Part shown: one piece after another, positions 1-11,259 of the stretch
How positions within the stretch are numbered: the stretch's first letter is position 1
Layout: each line of letters opens with the position of its first letter
NCBI GenBank assembly: GCA_032718475.1
Contig: JAUCBJ010006994.1
Coordinates: forward strand, 1-53,529
DNA: 53,529 nucleotides
DNA from: Nemertoderma westbladi
Lineage: Eukaryota; Animalia; Xenacoelomorpha
Direction of reading: 5' to 3'
Notes under the pieces: generated by a model
Seen by the model: only the letters and a program-made list of their open reading frames with translations
What the model was told of the DNA's origin: nothing
Databases searched by the model: none
Position numbers and translations under genes: made by a program

Positions 1-968
1 TCTGTAACATTTAGAGAAAAGTTAACTTGTGATACTTCTTTTAGTGTTAAATTAACGGTGCCAGGCACAAGAGGTGCCAGGCACAAGAAGTTAGTAGTAG
101 AGTTAGTTGAGTTAGTAGAGAGTTAGTTGAGTTAGTAGAGAGTTAGTAGAGTTAGTTGAGTTAGTAGAGAGTTAGTAGAGTTAATAGTAGTCCACATGAT
201 TAACGTACCCACTCTGCTGGCACTCAGAGCGTCACGTGCAGGCGAGTAGACGTAAAAAGGGTAAGATGTAGATAGAGTAGAGTAGTAGTAGAGAGGGCAC
301 ATAGGGTGCCAGGTAGTAGAATAGTAGAAACGGGCACATAGGGTGCCAGGTAGTAGAGTTAGAGAGTTAGAGGTAGTAGAGTAGTAGAGACGGGCACATA
401 GGATGCCAGATAGTAGAGTGGTTGTGGCCACCGCAAGCGCCACGTAGTTAGAAGAGTTGGTAAGAGTTAGAGAGAGTTAGTAGAAGTAGAGAGTTAGTAG
501 GAGTTAGTTACACTTAGTAGAGCTAGTTAGAGTCTGAGAGTTAGTAGAGAGTAAGAGAGTTAGATAGTTAACAAGTAAGTAGTAGGTAGATAGTATGATA
601 GCACAGGGGTAGCATTAGAGATTAGGGCCTTAGGGAGTGGTAGAGAGTAGAGAGGAGTATGGAGAGAAGTTAGAGTGCGATTCAGGTGTGGGGAGAGTGT
701 AAGAGTGGGGAAAGAGTAAGAGGGGAGTTAGAGCGGAGTTAGTTAGAGTGGCGACAGTGTTGGGGAAACAAAAATTGTGTGAGAGAAGCGCACGATCGTC
801 CCGACACGAGATGCCAGAGGGTAGTGACATCATACCCATAGGGAGTGGCCTGGAAAGCCGACTCCAAAGAAAAAATAACTTCACCCCAAACCCGATAATA
901 GATCGAGTTCCAGCGGAATTGAAGCGCACTTTGTGGTTGATGCTATCTTCTCACCGGGAAGATAGCAT

Positions 969-982
969 GGGGGGGGGGGGAG
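969..982 (+). other. Polypurine tract
   Basis: G-run plus AG abutting the LTR TG. Confidence 0.8.
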
Positions 983-1574
983 TGTGAGCGGATTCAATTC
1001 CACCTCACCAAACCCCCATAAAGTGGGAAAGAGCGCCTCTAAGCAATATTGGGAGCACGAGGTTGATTACCAATATCAACCTCGTGTCACCCCAACAAAG
1101 TGGGACGACAGGCCCCAGAGAACACACACACAATAGGGGTCAGGGGTTACGCCCCTGAGAGAGAGGAGAGTAACAGCAGCGAGGGGGGGAACACCACCGC
1201 AGGGCAGAGGGTGTGAAGTAGGTTACCAGCCAATAGGGGAGAAGCATCGACTGGGTAGAGCAACGTGGCCAACCGTGCATATATATATATATTATCAGTT
1301 GTGTCATTTGGTTCAGTTTACTAAGTAGTTTACCCAGTACAGTCACGGTAGTACGGTGACAGTTAAGACCGTCACCACCATCACCACCATTACCGGTATC
1401 TATGCAGTTATTTCTGCCTTTGCATCAATGTTACCATCTTGCTATTATAATATATTTGCGTTCAGTATTATACGGTTAACAATATCAGAACAAACTCTTT
1501 TCCAACCACGCGGTGCGGCCTGACGCGTACAAAACAACACCGGATAAACCGGGATCCTATCGGATCCCGTCACA
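983..1574 (+). repeat. 3' LTR of family A (diverged subfamily)
   Basis: Starts TGTGAGCGG right after a purine tract, ends ...GGATCCCGTCACA; aligns with the reverse complement of 34810-35376; (TA)n at about 1279-1293 and TCAGTT initiator-like motifs. Confidence 0.88.
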
Positions 1575-1579
1575 CCACC

Positions 1580-4330
1580 TAACTTTTTTCATATGAAAAA
1601 CGCTTTTATCATGAGGTGTTTTTTTCTATATCAAGTATTTGACCTTCTGACAGAAGCATCGTAGCCAGTAATTTTCGCTTTGCTTAGCTAGTACTATTTT
1701 AGCTTGTTAAAAAAATAAATTAAATTTGATATTTTTTTATAACTTTTTCTTGTGAAATTGCTATTATCACGAATAGAACAAATATTTTGCGTTCTTTCAG
1801 TGAGATGGTAGCTAGTAATTTTGATTTTTTGTTAGCAAGTACTTTTTATAAGATAATTGAATTGAATTGAACTTTCTTTAATGTCAAAAGGCCAGTGGCC
1901 TCCCAGCCGTAATATGACTTATTAGACAAACATAATCATTAACTATTTAAAATACAGAAACTTTTATACAATGAAACAACAATAATCAAACCCTATCACC
2001 AGTAATTTACATAACATAACACCACCGAATGTAAAATCGTTTTTTTTTTAATTTTTAATTGAAACTTATTTTTATACAATGAAAACTTAATGAGTTAGGA
2101 CGATTTGTTTAATTTTTGTGGCCGGGCCTTGAATAACTTATTTATATTTTTAGACAGCTGCATCTGGTTCCCAAGCATGTATTCCTTAATTAGAATAGAA
2201 TTATCCTCGAGATCCCATCGTTCCGAACTTGGAAATATCGACTTCCTTTCTGTTGCCAGGGCCGAACATTTGCCGAGAAAGTGTAACTCATCTTCAACTC
2301 CTTCCAAACACAATTGGCATATGCGCTCCTCTAGCGGTTTTCCTTGGAATCTACCAACCTCCACGTTAAGTGGTAAAACGCCACACCGAAATTTTGCCAT
2401 TGTAGACCTAGTGCTCCTTGCTAACGAATGTCGAACGTATTCCTCACAGCAAAAGTTTTCCTTAAATTTTATATAAAATTCTCAACTTTGGTTTAGATAC
2501 GCAGGAAAGTTTCCAGATATTGTCAAAATGAACCCTACATAATTTATTTAGTTTTCCAACTGCAAGGTGGTTTTTGTTAGAATACTTCCGCTACATCTAT
2601 TTTATCGAATATTCCGCACATTTATCTACACCAACCGGTGCTGTTAGCATATTCGAACTCGAAAATTTTCCTAGGTAGCCTAGTTACTGGAATATCTATT
2701 AGAAGATTTCACAAACGTAGAATATTTATATATCGCCGATGCTGAGAATAATCCCATCCCATTTTTAATAAAATAAAAATTATTTAGAACATCATCACAA
2801 CTGTGTGTTTGTGTGTTATAAGTTCTAGAGGCAAACTACTGCAGTTTCTACGAGGTCTAATTATTTAAAATAATGATTTTTTTTAAATAAGGGTTGTGTG
2901 ATGATTCCTGTACTATTTTTTTTTTAATGTTGTAAAACAAATCAATGTGTTCTAGAACAAAAATATTTATCAAGATTGATAGCTAAAACTTGTTCTATAA
3001 CATATATAAAAAAAATTGGAAAAAGCTTGTTGGTATAAAAAATAAAAATGTGATCTGGAACAAAAAAATGTGTTCTAGCTTGATAGCTAGCACATCTTCT
3101 ATAACATTTACACCATGTCCCATAATATAGTGTAATTTTCTGATGACACGGACCCCCCCCCCCCCCCCCCCCCCCCAGATTTTTCTACAAATCTTTATCA
3201 TATGGCTTGAAATTTGAGACATAACTAGTTCCACTCACCATCGATGACCCCGTGAAGCCGGATTGTCCGAATTTGCCTTTAAATTTTTTTTATAAGCGTT
3301 TTAAAAAAGTGTCTTTTGCGAAATCGCACCCTCCTTATCGTGGCCTTCTTCATCTTCATATTAATCGTAATTTTTTCATATCATGTAACATATGTAACAA
3401 TATCTGAATTTCATTGAGAAACAGCTGAGATATAGGCGTTCAAAGATTGCAAGAATTATCGTTTGCTACAAGCCATTTATTCTATTTAGTAGATACACGA
3501 TATTCTGGAACATTTTGTTTAAGAATGAATAGCTACGCTATAGATATATTGGATAGGAATACCGTTGTTGCCAACCAAATTATAAAATAAATAACACGTT
3601 CTAGAATTTTGTGTATTTATTAAATAGAATAAGTGGCCTGTAGTGAACGATAATTATTCTTTCAATCTTTGAAAGCCTATTTCTCAGCTGTTTCTCAATG
3701 AAATTCAGATATTGTTACATATGTTACATGATATATAAAAATTACGACTAATGTGAAGAATGTCCACGATACGGAGGGTGCGATTTTGCAAAAGACACTT
3801 TTTTAAAACGCTTATAAAAATAATTTGAAGGCAAAATCACAAATTCCGGCTTCATGGGGTCATCGACGGTGAGTGGAACTAGTGGTGTTTCAAATTTCAA
3901 GCAAAATGATAAAGATTTGTAGAAAAATCTGGGGGGGGGGGGTCCGTGTTATCAGAAAATGAGACTACAGTATATTACGGGACATGGTGTAAATGTTGAT
4001 TTCATATCAATTATATCAATATTATAATAATATAATAATATAATATCAATTATATCAATATATCAATTTTGATAAATATTATTTGTTCTAGAACACTTTA
4101 TATTTTCTATAACACATTTTATATTTTTTAAATTAGTTAGTTTTTTCTACTTTTTATAGAAATGTTATAGATCAAGTGCTATCAATTTTGATAAGTATGT
4201 TTGTTCTAGAACACAATTTTTCTACAACTTTTTTTGGAAAAAATACCATACCACTGTCAGAAGGTCAAATATTTGTTCTACAGTAGAAAAAAACCTAAGC
4301 ATAAAAGCATTTTTTATATGAAAAAATTGG
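1580..4330. mobile_element. Foldback / long inverted-repeat element
   Basis: Inner arms about 2925-3520 and 3590-4235 are reverse complements (poly-C at 3153-3176 vs poly-G at 3931-3942; ACATTTACACCATGTCCC vs GGGACATGGTGTAAATGT); outer arms about 1580-1633 and 4254-4328. Confidence 0.8.
2095..2760 (-). pseudogene. 3' fragment of a non-LTR retrotransposon ORF2 (CR1/L2-group-like C-terminus)
   Basis: AKFRCGVLPLNVEVGRF...EERICQLC..GVEDELHFLGKC matches the C-terminal Cys/His motif typical of these LINEs; upstream boundary approximate. Confidence 0.75.
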
Positions 4331-4588
4331 TCAAACAATGGGTACCCAAGGTGTAGTAATGCCAGTAATTCCCTAAGGCAGAAGCTTAGATGGACGATAT
4401 TTATGATGAAATAGGCCCAGGTAAAAGTGAGAAGAATTACAACAAATAAAACAACGTACAGTAAGTGGTGGAAAAAAGTTAAATTTTTTGTCCTGCTTTC
4501 TTATTTGGCGAGCGTAGCGAGACAAATGCTCGACAAAAAAGCCTTCTTTTCTAGCCACCACTATGTAGTTATTATCTTTTACTTCCAG

Positions 4589-5071
4589 ATCCAGTTATTA
4601 ATGTAATGGTATACACCAAGTTCATTCCCATTATTTCCGAACCGATGGAATCTAACAACTCATTTGATTATTGCAAAGGAGATACAGCGAGTTGGCATAT
4701 TTATTGTGTCGGATATGATTCAAGCAATAACCCAGGAAATTCAAAATCAAAGTTGGTTTTTAAGAAATCCGGCACAGCGAATAAGGTGGAACTCGCTACC
4801 GCAGAGATGTGGCCTCTCTTAAAGGAAGTAGTAGTAACCCTCAATAAAGATCACGGTTGTATATGGATGGGAACTTACCGTACAGAGGACCCTCCAAATA
4901 CTCCGCCAATCATTACTGAAGAAGTGGGCCAAGCACATTACATTGACTACGAGTTTGAACGCTGCACGAAGGAACACGCTGGGGAATACGACTGTGAACT
5001 AAGAGATGAGGATTCATCTGACTTCGATACTTCTACTAATGGAGCTGTTACTGTCACCCTCAACAGAATTT
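4589..5071 (+). CDS. Host gene internal exon encoding an Ig-like extracellular domain
   Basis: ttttacttccAG acceptor and GTGAGT donor; phase 1-1 open exon; Ig-type AGEYDCEL motif with upstream Cys/Trp. Confidence 0.75.
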
Positions 5072-5430
5072 GTGAGTATTTTGTTACAAATGATAAATAC
5101 CTAGGGAATATACCGCTTTCTGTTCAACAGAAACTGGGGATTTTAAGCAGGCAATACTGTAGTCGTACAGGTGTCGTCGATGTATCAGGCGCGCTAATAA
5201 CACCTAGAACATACTGTACAATATACTACCATACTGGAGGATCTAGAGGAAATCATGTACTTGGTTAATGGTTTGATAATGGTTAAAGGTTTTTGATCGT
5301 AATAACTTTAATATATTTTAATTCGGATAGGGTTATTGGTGTATTTTCTAGGCTCATACCATAGATAAAGCCATACTATATCGTAGAGACTATAACAACA
5401 CATGATGTGACTATACAAGACTATATAACT

Positions 5431-5509
5431 TGTTATCGGGTATCACATACCGGTACTGACTGATTGGAGACCATTAAATGATATATACCTGTATACCAGT
5501 ACGACATCA
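5431..5509 (+). repeat. 5' LTR (79 bp) of the Mag-like element
   Basis: TGTTATCG...CGACATCA with imperfect terminal inverted repeat; its 3' half recurs at 8989-9033. Confidence 0.75.
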
Positions 5510-5511
5510 TC

Positions 5512-5524
5512 TGGTGTCAGAAGT
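5512..5524 (+). other. Primer-binding site, tRNA-Leu
   Basis: TGGTGTCAGAAGT is complementary to the tRNA-Leu 3' end ACTTCTGACACCA; lies 2 nt after the LTR. Confidence 0.85.
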
Positions 5525-5650
5525 AAACACTATTTGCTAACTGCCTACTGCCTTACTGCCGACAGGTAGTCCGGTACCGCTATGCGATTACGGTCTACAA
5601 TGCTTATCTGAACTCAGTTTTATTAATTATCTAATAATTATTTTGTTGTA

Positions 5651-6560
5651 ATGGCGACTGGGAAACGAACTTTGAATGTTCCTACACCTCTCAATGTCAA
5701 TGCTATTGATAAAGAACGTGAGTTTAAACTGTGGAAACAAAAGGTAGAAATATATTTTATTGCTGCTGGCTTTACTGGTACTGATGTCTCCGCTGATATT
5801 AAAAAGGCAACACTGCTTAATTTGTTAGGGGATGCTGCACTTGAAGTATATAACAGTTTCAATCTACCTAATACAGATGCCACAACCTATACAGCCATCT
5901 TAGATAGGTTTCAGACCTTCTGTATACCACCCTCAAACCAATCGCTAGCCTTTCATAGATTTTTTTCACGCAGCCAAAAAAGCGGTGAGAGTATTGACGA
6001 TTTTTATTCTGCCTTAACTCTTGTGGCCAGAGTTGCAAATTTTCTGCTCTGTCAAAGGATGAATTGCTTAATGCTATTTATTGTTTCCGGGTTGTGTGTG
6101 GGGTCCATAGTGAAACTACCCAGAAAGCCATGCTCCAGGAGACACTGCTAACTCTGGATAAGGCTCTGGACATGTATATGAGTCTGCTACTTCTACACAG
6201 CAAGTTCTTGGTAATGGGGTAAAACCTACCAGTAGCAGCATAACATTGACTGATAATATTCTAATTGCCCGAGCTGGTGGTTCAAATACTCAGTATAATC
6301 GGCGGTCCTATAGCACTAAACCTATTCAGCCCGGCCTTGTTGTATCTGAACGACAATCTGCAGACCTATGTTTAATCAGGTCAACTGTAAATTTTGTGGG
6401 ACCTTACATGCTTGCTTATAGCAGAAAGCACTGCCTTGCATATGGAAAACGGTGTTAATTTTGTCATGAGGAAAATCACTTTGCAGTTTGCTGTCCTTGC
6501 TCTGGAAAAGGAAGTTTTTCTAAGAGAACAACTAGTGACAGGCGCTCTGGTAGGCCTACA
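5651..6560 (+). pseudogene. gag: gypsy gag (frameshifted)
   Basis: FKLWKQKVEIYFIAAG..LLNLLGDAALEVYN..SQKSGESIDDF; degenerate Cys/His boxes near 6385-6500. Confidence 0.85.
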
Positions 6561-6572
6561 GCTGCAAATCTA

Positions 6573-8513
6573 GTGGCTGGGTATGATGGACATTCAGATG
6601 ATTGCACTTCTGATTGTAATTATTTTGGTACTTATTGGGTTGGGTCTAGTTATGGCCTTGTGACCCAGGATGGGGAAAATTCTAATATTGATTCCCATTC
6701 CTCTGCCAAACACAATTCCTTTAAACATCTTACTCTGAAGCTTCCCCTAGAATCAGTTACCGGAATTGTTGACTTAGCAGCTGATCTTACTTTGATGAGT
6801 TTAAAGTATTTTAATGGATTGTTAGCTACTCGGATACACCTTAGCACTTCTGGTTCTCAACATAGGATTATGGCGGCTGATGGAAACCAACTCTCAGTTG
6901 CTGGGAAGTTTACTACTTCAGCTGTTGTTTCAGCTGATGATAAACCCTGCCCTATAACATTTCTTGTTGTCACAAACTTAGCTGTTGAGTGTCTTATTGG
7001 ACAGGATTTCCTTCGCACATTTTCTAAAGTGGAAATGCTTTATACCAATAATTTAACTCATCACTTTCCAATGCCTGAAGGTACACTTACATTGTCAGCT
7101 ATGAGTAGTGGAGACCAACCGAAGAAGTCACCACCCTTTGACCCAGTCTTAGCTTCCCAGTACCGTGAACGGTTACTCCATGATTATTCTGACCTTTTTG
7201 ATAAGCCTATCGGGTCAGCAGAACTTCGTGATTTTGCAATTAAACCTATTATAAAGACAGATCCATCTGCTAAGTTTCCTTATGTTCCAGTACGGAATGT
7301 TCCTATAAAGCACCATGACTTTGTCAAAGAGAAAATTGATGAGCTATCTTCTCAAGGCGTAATCCGTCACTCTCAGTCACCTTATCGACATAATCTTGTG
7401 ATTGCTCCCAAACCTGGTGGAGGTCTTCGTATGGCTGTAGACTATCGATCTATTGATTCTATTACCACATTTGATGCTTTCCCAGCCCCCCATCTGGATG
7501 AAGAACTTCGCAAACAGAATGGTAACCATGTTTACTGTAAGCTTGACTTTGCTCAATTCTACTACCAAATTCCTGGTGAGCTTTTGGAACCTACCAGGGT
7601 TATGTTTGGCTTAAAAAATGCTTGTGCCTGTGCCTCACATGTTAGTAAGGCTATTTTCAACAATTGTTCCCACATTAGTGCGTATAATGATGATGGCTTA
7701 GATGGTGCAAAAACTTTGGATGAGCTGGATGTAAGAGTCCGGTTGTTACTTGATCGAATCCATGAGCACAATCTCTCCCTCCGTGGCAGCAAATGCATGT
7801 TCTTTACTGATACTGGCTATGCTCTTGGCCATGTGTTTAAAGATGGACATATTGGTCCAGATCCTGATCGAATTCAGCCTGTAGTAGATTATAAAATACC
7901 AACTTCAAGAGATTACTTTTCACGGTTTCTTGGCTTTATGAATTGGTACAGAGAATATATTCCAGTCTTTGCTACACTATCGCAACCACTTTATGATCTG
8001 ATGAATAGTTCTGGCTCATTGTTCTGTTCTCTTTGGTCACCTGATCACATTATCATTGTCAATATATTAAAGGACATTCTATCTCGATCTATTTTGCTAT
8101 TACCTGACCCTACTGTGATATTAGATTTAGAAACTGATGCCTCTGAAGTAGCCATCGCTGGGGTATTATCACAGGATGGATGCCCTGTCTCTTTTATAAG
8201 CCGTTTGCTCAAACCGTGTGAGAAACGACTACCCATTGCTGAGCGAGAGGCCCTGGCAGTAGTATTCTGCATTGAAAAGCTAAAAGATTTTTTCTACAGC
8301 TCGCATTTTAATCTATATGTGGATTCAGCTGCACTTGCTGCTGTTTTAGAAAACCCTAAACCTTCAGCCAAGCTAATCCTCTGGAAATTGCTTCTTAATG
8401 ATTATTCATATGAAGTCAAACTACGGAAGGGTTGTGACAATGTCACTGCAGATGCATTAACCCGATGTTGGAACAAGATGTTAATTCATAGGAGAATCAG
8501 CAACAAATTATAG
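6573..8513 (+). pseudogene. pol: gypsy pol PR-RT-RNase H (degenerate, in-frame deletion in RT)
   Basis: CKLDFAQFYYQI, AYNDD, LETDAS, AEREALAVV, ADALTR; the KTAF segment is missing. Confidence 0.9.
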
Positions 8514-8519
8514 ATTGGA

Positions 8520-8988
8520 AGTATGCCTTGTTAAAGGATGTGTTCATAAGGGTCGTCATAAGGGTTGGAAACACTAGCTAAGCGGAAGGTGACCTGGAAA
8601 GGTTACCACCAGGATGTGCAAGAATTTTTAAAGGGTTGCCCCACTTGTGCACGTCTCAAACCTCAATGGGCTACTGCCAAACCAGGCCATACCCCAGTTG
8701 GCTCACAGCCTCAGGAGCTCGTAGCTATTGACTCTGTCGGTCCACTACCGCGCAATCAGGAGGGTTATGAGTACATGCTAGTTATGATAGATACACTTAC
8801 TCGATTCCCTAAGGTTTATCCACTAACTTCCATCACAGCCTCTCAAGCAATTTGTTGTTTGAGCGATCCTTCTCGTTATGGAAATATTTCGTCAATTTTA
8901 TCTGACCGAGACTCACAATTTGAGTCACAGGAGTTTAGACATTTCTGTGAGACACACTCTATTATCAAGAAACGAACCACAGCATATA
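8520..8988 (+). pseudogene. gypsy integrase, truncated
   Basis: HHCC remnant (CPTC), VAIDSVGPLP, ILSDRDSQF, RTTAYN; then fused directly to the 3' LTR remnant. Confidence 0.85.
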
Positions 8989-9033
8989 ATTGGAGATCAT
9001 TAAATGATATACCTGTATACCAGTACAGCATCA
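8989..9033 (+). repeat. Partial 3' LTR of the Mag-like element
   Basis: Matches about 5463-5509. Confidence 0.8.
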
Positions 9034-9190
9034 TAACTGAAATATGCACAATAGGACAGTCCTATCAACAATATACTGTAGGAGTTTATTTTGTGGAATT
9101 CGCAGTTTAAAATGAAACAAAATGTAAAACCAACGTGAGTTAATGAAATGTGAATCCCAAAAACTAAATAACTTCGATTTATTTAACTAG

Positions 9191-9348
9191 GCAAATCTGA
9201 TGATGAAAATGAAAATGAAACTGGAAACCAAACCAACTGGCGACGAAACAACCGAGATCCAACTGGTAACAACGCATCAAAACTAACTGGATATTCCTTG
9301 ATCCTGATCACTCTCGTGGGAATTGTGACTATCACAATGATAAACTAA
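9191..9348 (+). CDS. Host gene last exon with GPI-anchor-like signal
   Basis: ttaactAG acceptor joins in phase to 5071 (T|GC = Cys); reads CKSDDENENETGNQTNW...TGNNASKLTGYSLILITLVGIVTITMIN-stop; AATAAA at about 9525. Confidence 0.75.
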
Positions 9349-9632
9349 TTAACTGAGACTCCATCAGTAGGCCTACCTCCGATATCAGTTAATTCACAGC
9401 AGTGTTTCATTCACAGTAATTCGCTGCACAGTAACACGATATGTACCAGATATACATGTATTAATTTGTTTGTACTAATTTTACGTAACACAAGATGCAA
9501 CCTTCACATTGATTACAAAGTCAAAATAAATGTTATGAAACTTTATTTTTCTTCATTGGGTTATAATTCGATGCAGCATCAAATTTTGAAAATCGTCGAA
9601 TATACAAATTCAAATTCTTAGGTGATTTTGGA

Positions 9633-9804
9633 TGTAAGCGGATTCAATTCCATTACATTATCCATCTTCGAATGGGACCAGTGGCATTTTATCAATATAG
9701 TTGGGGATACGAGATTACCAATAATAATCTTGCCTCATAACCAACTTTTGGGGGGGGGGGGGGGGGGGCACAAGCCCTAAAGCCACAGAGAGAGGTGAGA
9801 GGTC
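9633..9804 (+). repeat. 5' fragment of an LTR related to family A, interrupted by element B
   Basis: TGTAAGCGGATTCAATTCC vs TGTGAGCGGATTCAATTCC at 983; shares the GATTACCAAT hairpin core. Confidence 0.65.
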
Positions 9805-10964
9805 TGTAAAAGCTTTTGCGTAATTAGCCGGTTATTATCCCCGTAAAGTACTCTGTGGTTGGTTTACCAGGCATAAAAAGGCCGTGTCCTTGCTGTACTG
9901 GTGTTTTAGAGGACATAAAAGCCATTTCTTCTGTATTTGTACTTTAGAGGACATAATCCGCAATTTCGTGACGCAAAAAGCTCGATACTCTTGAAAACAG
10001 TGTCGCTACCATGACGACGGCTAACAGCTGATATTGCCATGTCGACATTTCTTTGTTTCTTTGTTCTCTCGTTGTTCGGTCGACCAATCAGAGCGTTTTT
10101 TGTCTCTGTGTTGGAGGTGGATACAGAACTCAGTAGTTCAGTGTTATCTTTTTGCCCAGAGCCTAAGAACACCGGCTTTTGGCACCTCCGTGTTTCAGTC
10201 TTTAGTCTTACATTAGTAGGCTTAATTATAGAACGTATATCTGTTATCAATGCAATTCATATCTCAATGCTTACTAAACATATCATGCATATCTTACTTA
10301 ACATTACTGCTTTTGCTGTCGGTTATTCATTATATTTGTTGATGGAAGATTATATTTGGAATACTGATCAATAGTCAGACACCCAACCTTCTTGATATAC
10401 TAAAGGTTAGAGAGACCGGTTACAGATAAACGATTGCGACTTATGTTAAGTGGTGTGAAGTGAATCTAATGCTATTTTATAGGCCCTACATGTATTGTCT
10501 GTTATTCTCTTTGTATGTGACTAAAATTAGTGAAGGTCGGCAGATTGGTGTGCAGCATTGTGCAGCATTGTGTATGATTGTGACTGATAACAAAGCATCT
10601 CCTAAAGAATGCGCCATATACGTGAATCTATAGCCATCTCATTGCGTCTAGTTTAAGTCATAACTCTGTTTACATATTTAGAGCGCCACGTCCTAAAAGA
10701 ACTGTTAATATTTCCCGAAAGTGAATAATATTTGTCAGAGAATATATATTACGATCAGTCGAATAATATGGTAGGCTTACACCATCAATCATTAAGCTCC
10801 GAACTCAGTCTCCCGGGTATATCCAACGGGTGAATGATTGCGCATAGACTGGCTTCGGCTAATGTAGTGTATCAAATACTCGTCATAGGCTAAAGACTAT
10901 ATATCATCTAAAAGACATCCTAATTTGGCAGGTTAAACTGTCAAAGGTCTTAAAAGCGCAAACA
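9805..10964 (+). repeat. 5' LTR of element B
   Basis: TGTAAAAGCTTTTGCG...AAAAGCGCAAACA; homologous to 20195-21423. Confidence 0.85.
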
Positions 10965-11259
10965 ATAACAGATATTGCTTCTGGATTGCGGTGTAAGCAA
11001 TCAAGTCTAAAGTACCGGTACCGGTTGAACGGTAACCTAACCTGTACTGCTGTAGGCCTGTAGGCCCAACTGCCCGAACCGGTACTTACGGTACAGGTAC
11101 ATCAGTATTATTCGATTTTGATAATTATATACCGGTAGGCCTTAATAATTAATCGGGGACGGCCGCCCTGGTTTTTTATTGAGATTTTACTTGTTTCTGT
11201 CAAGTTTTATTTATTTGTAGGCCAGTATTGAACAGAAGGCGTGTAAGCCTGCTCAGATT

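Larger units (their letters stand above)
1..1574 (+). mobile_element. 3' part (3' UTR, PPT, 3' LTR) of a family-A BEL/Pao-like LTR element; runs off the window start
   Basis: Reverse-complement homolog of about 34810-36680: same GGCAC-N5-GTGCC hairpin array, same conserved block before the PPT, and LTR ending GGATCCCGTCACA. Confidence 0.88.
5431..9033 (+). mobile_element. Ty3/gypsy LTR retrotransposon, Mag-like, decayed and 3'-deleted
   Basis: TAACT TSD at 5426-5430 and 9034-9038; tRNA-Leu PBS; gag-PR-RT-RH-IN order. Confidence 0.9.

Noticed and set aside
748-987. Conserved small protein (also 35428-35733)
   Set aside because: No ATG start, lengths and ends differ between copies; conservation is better explained by RNA stems
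5072-5268. C-terminal part of ORF 4606-5268 as coding
   Set aside because: Lies after a consensus GTGAGT donor; intron read-through
5158-5430. Longer 5' LTR for the gypsy element starting TGTAGTCGTAC
   Set aside because: No TSD at that boundary, whereas 5431 gives an exact TAACT TSD
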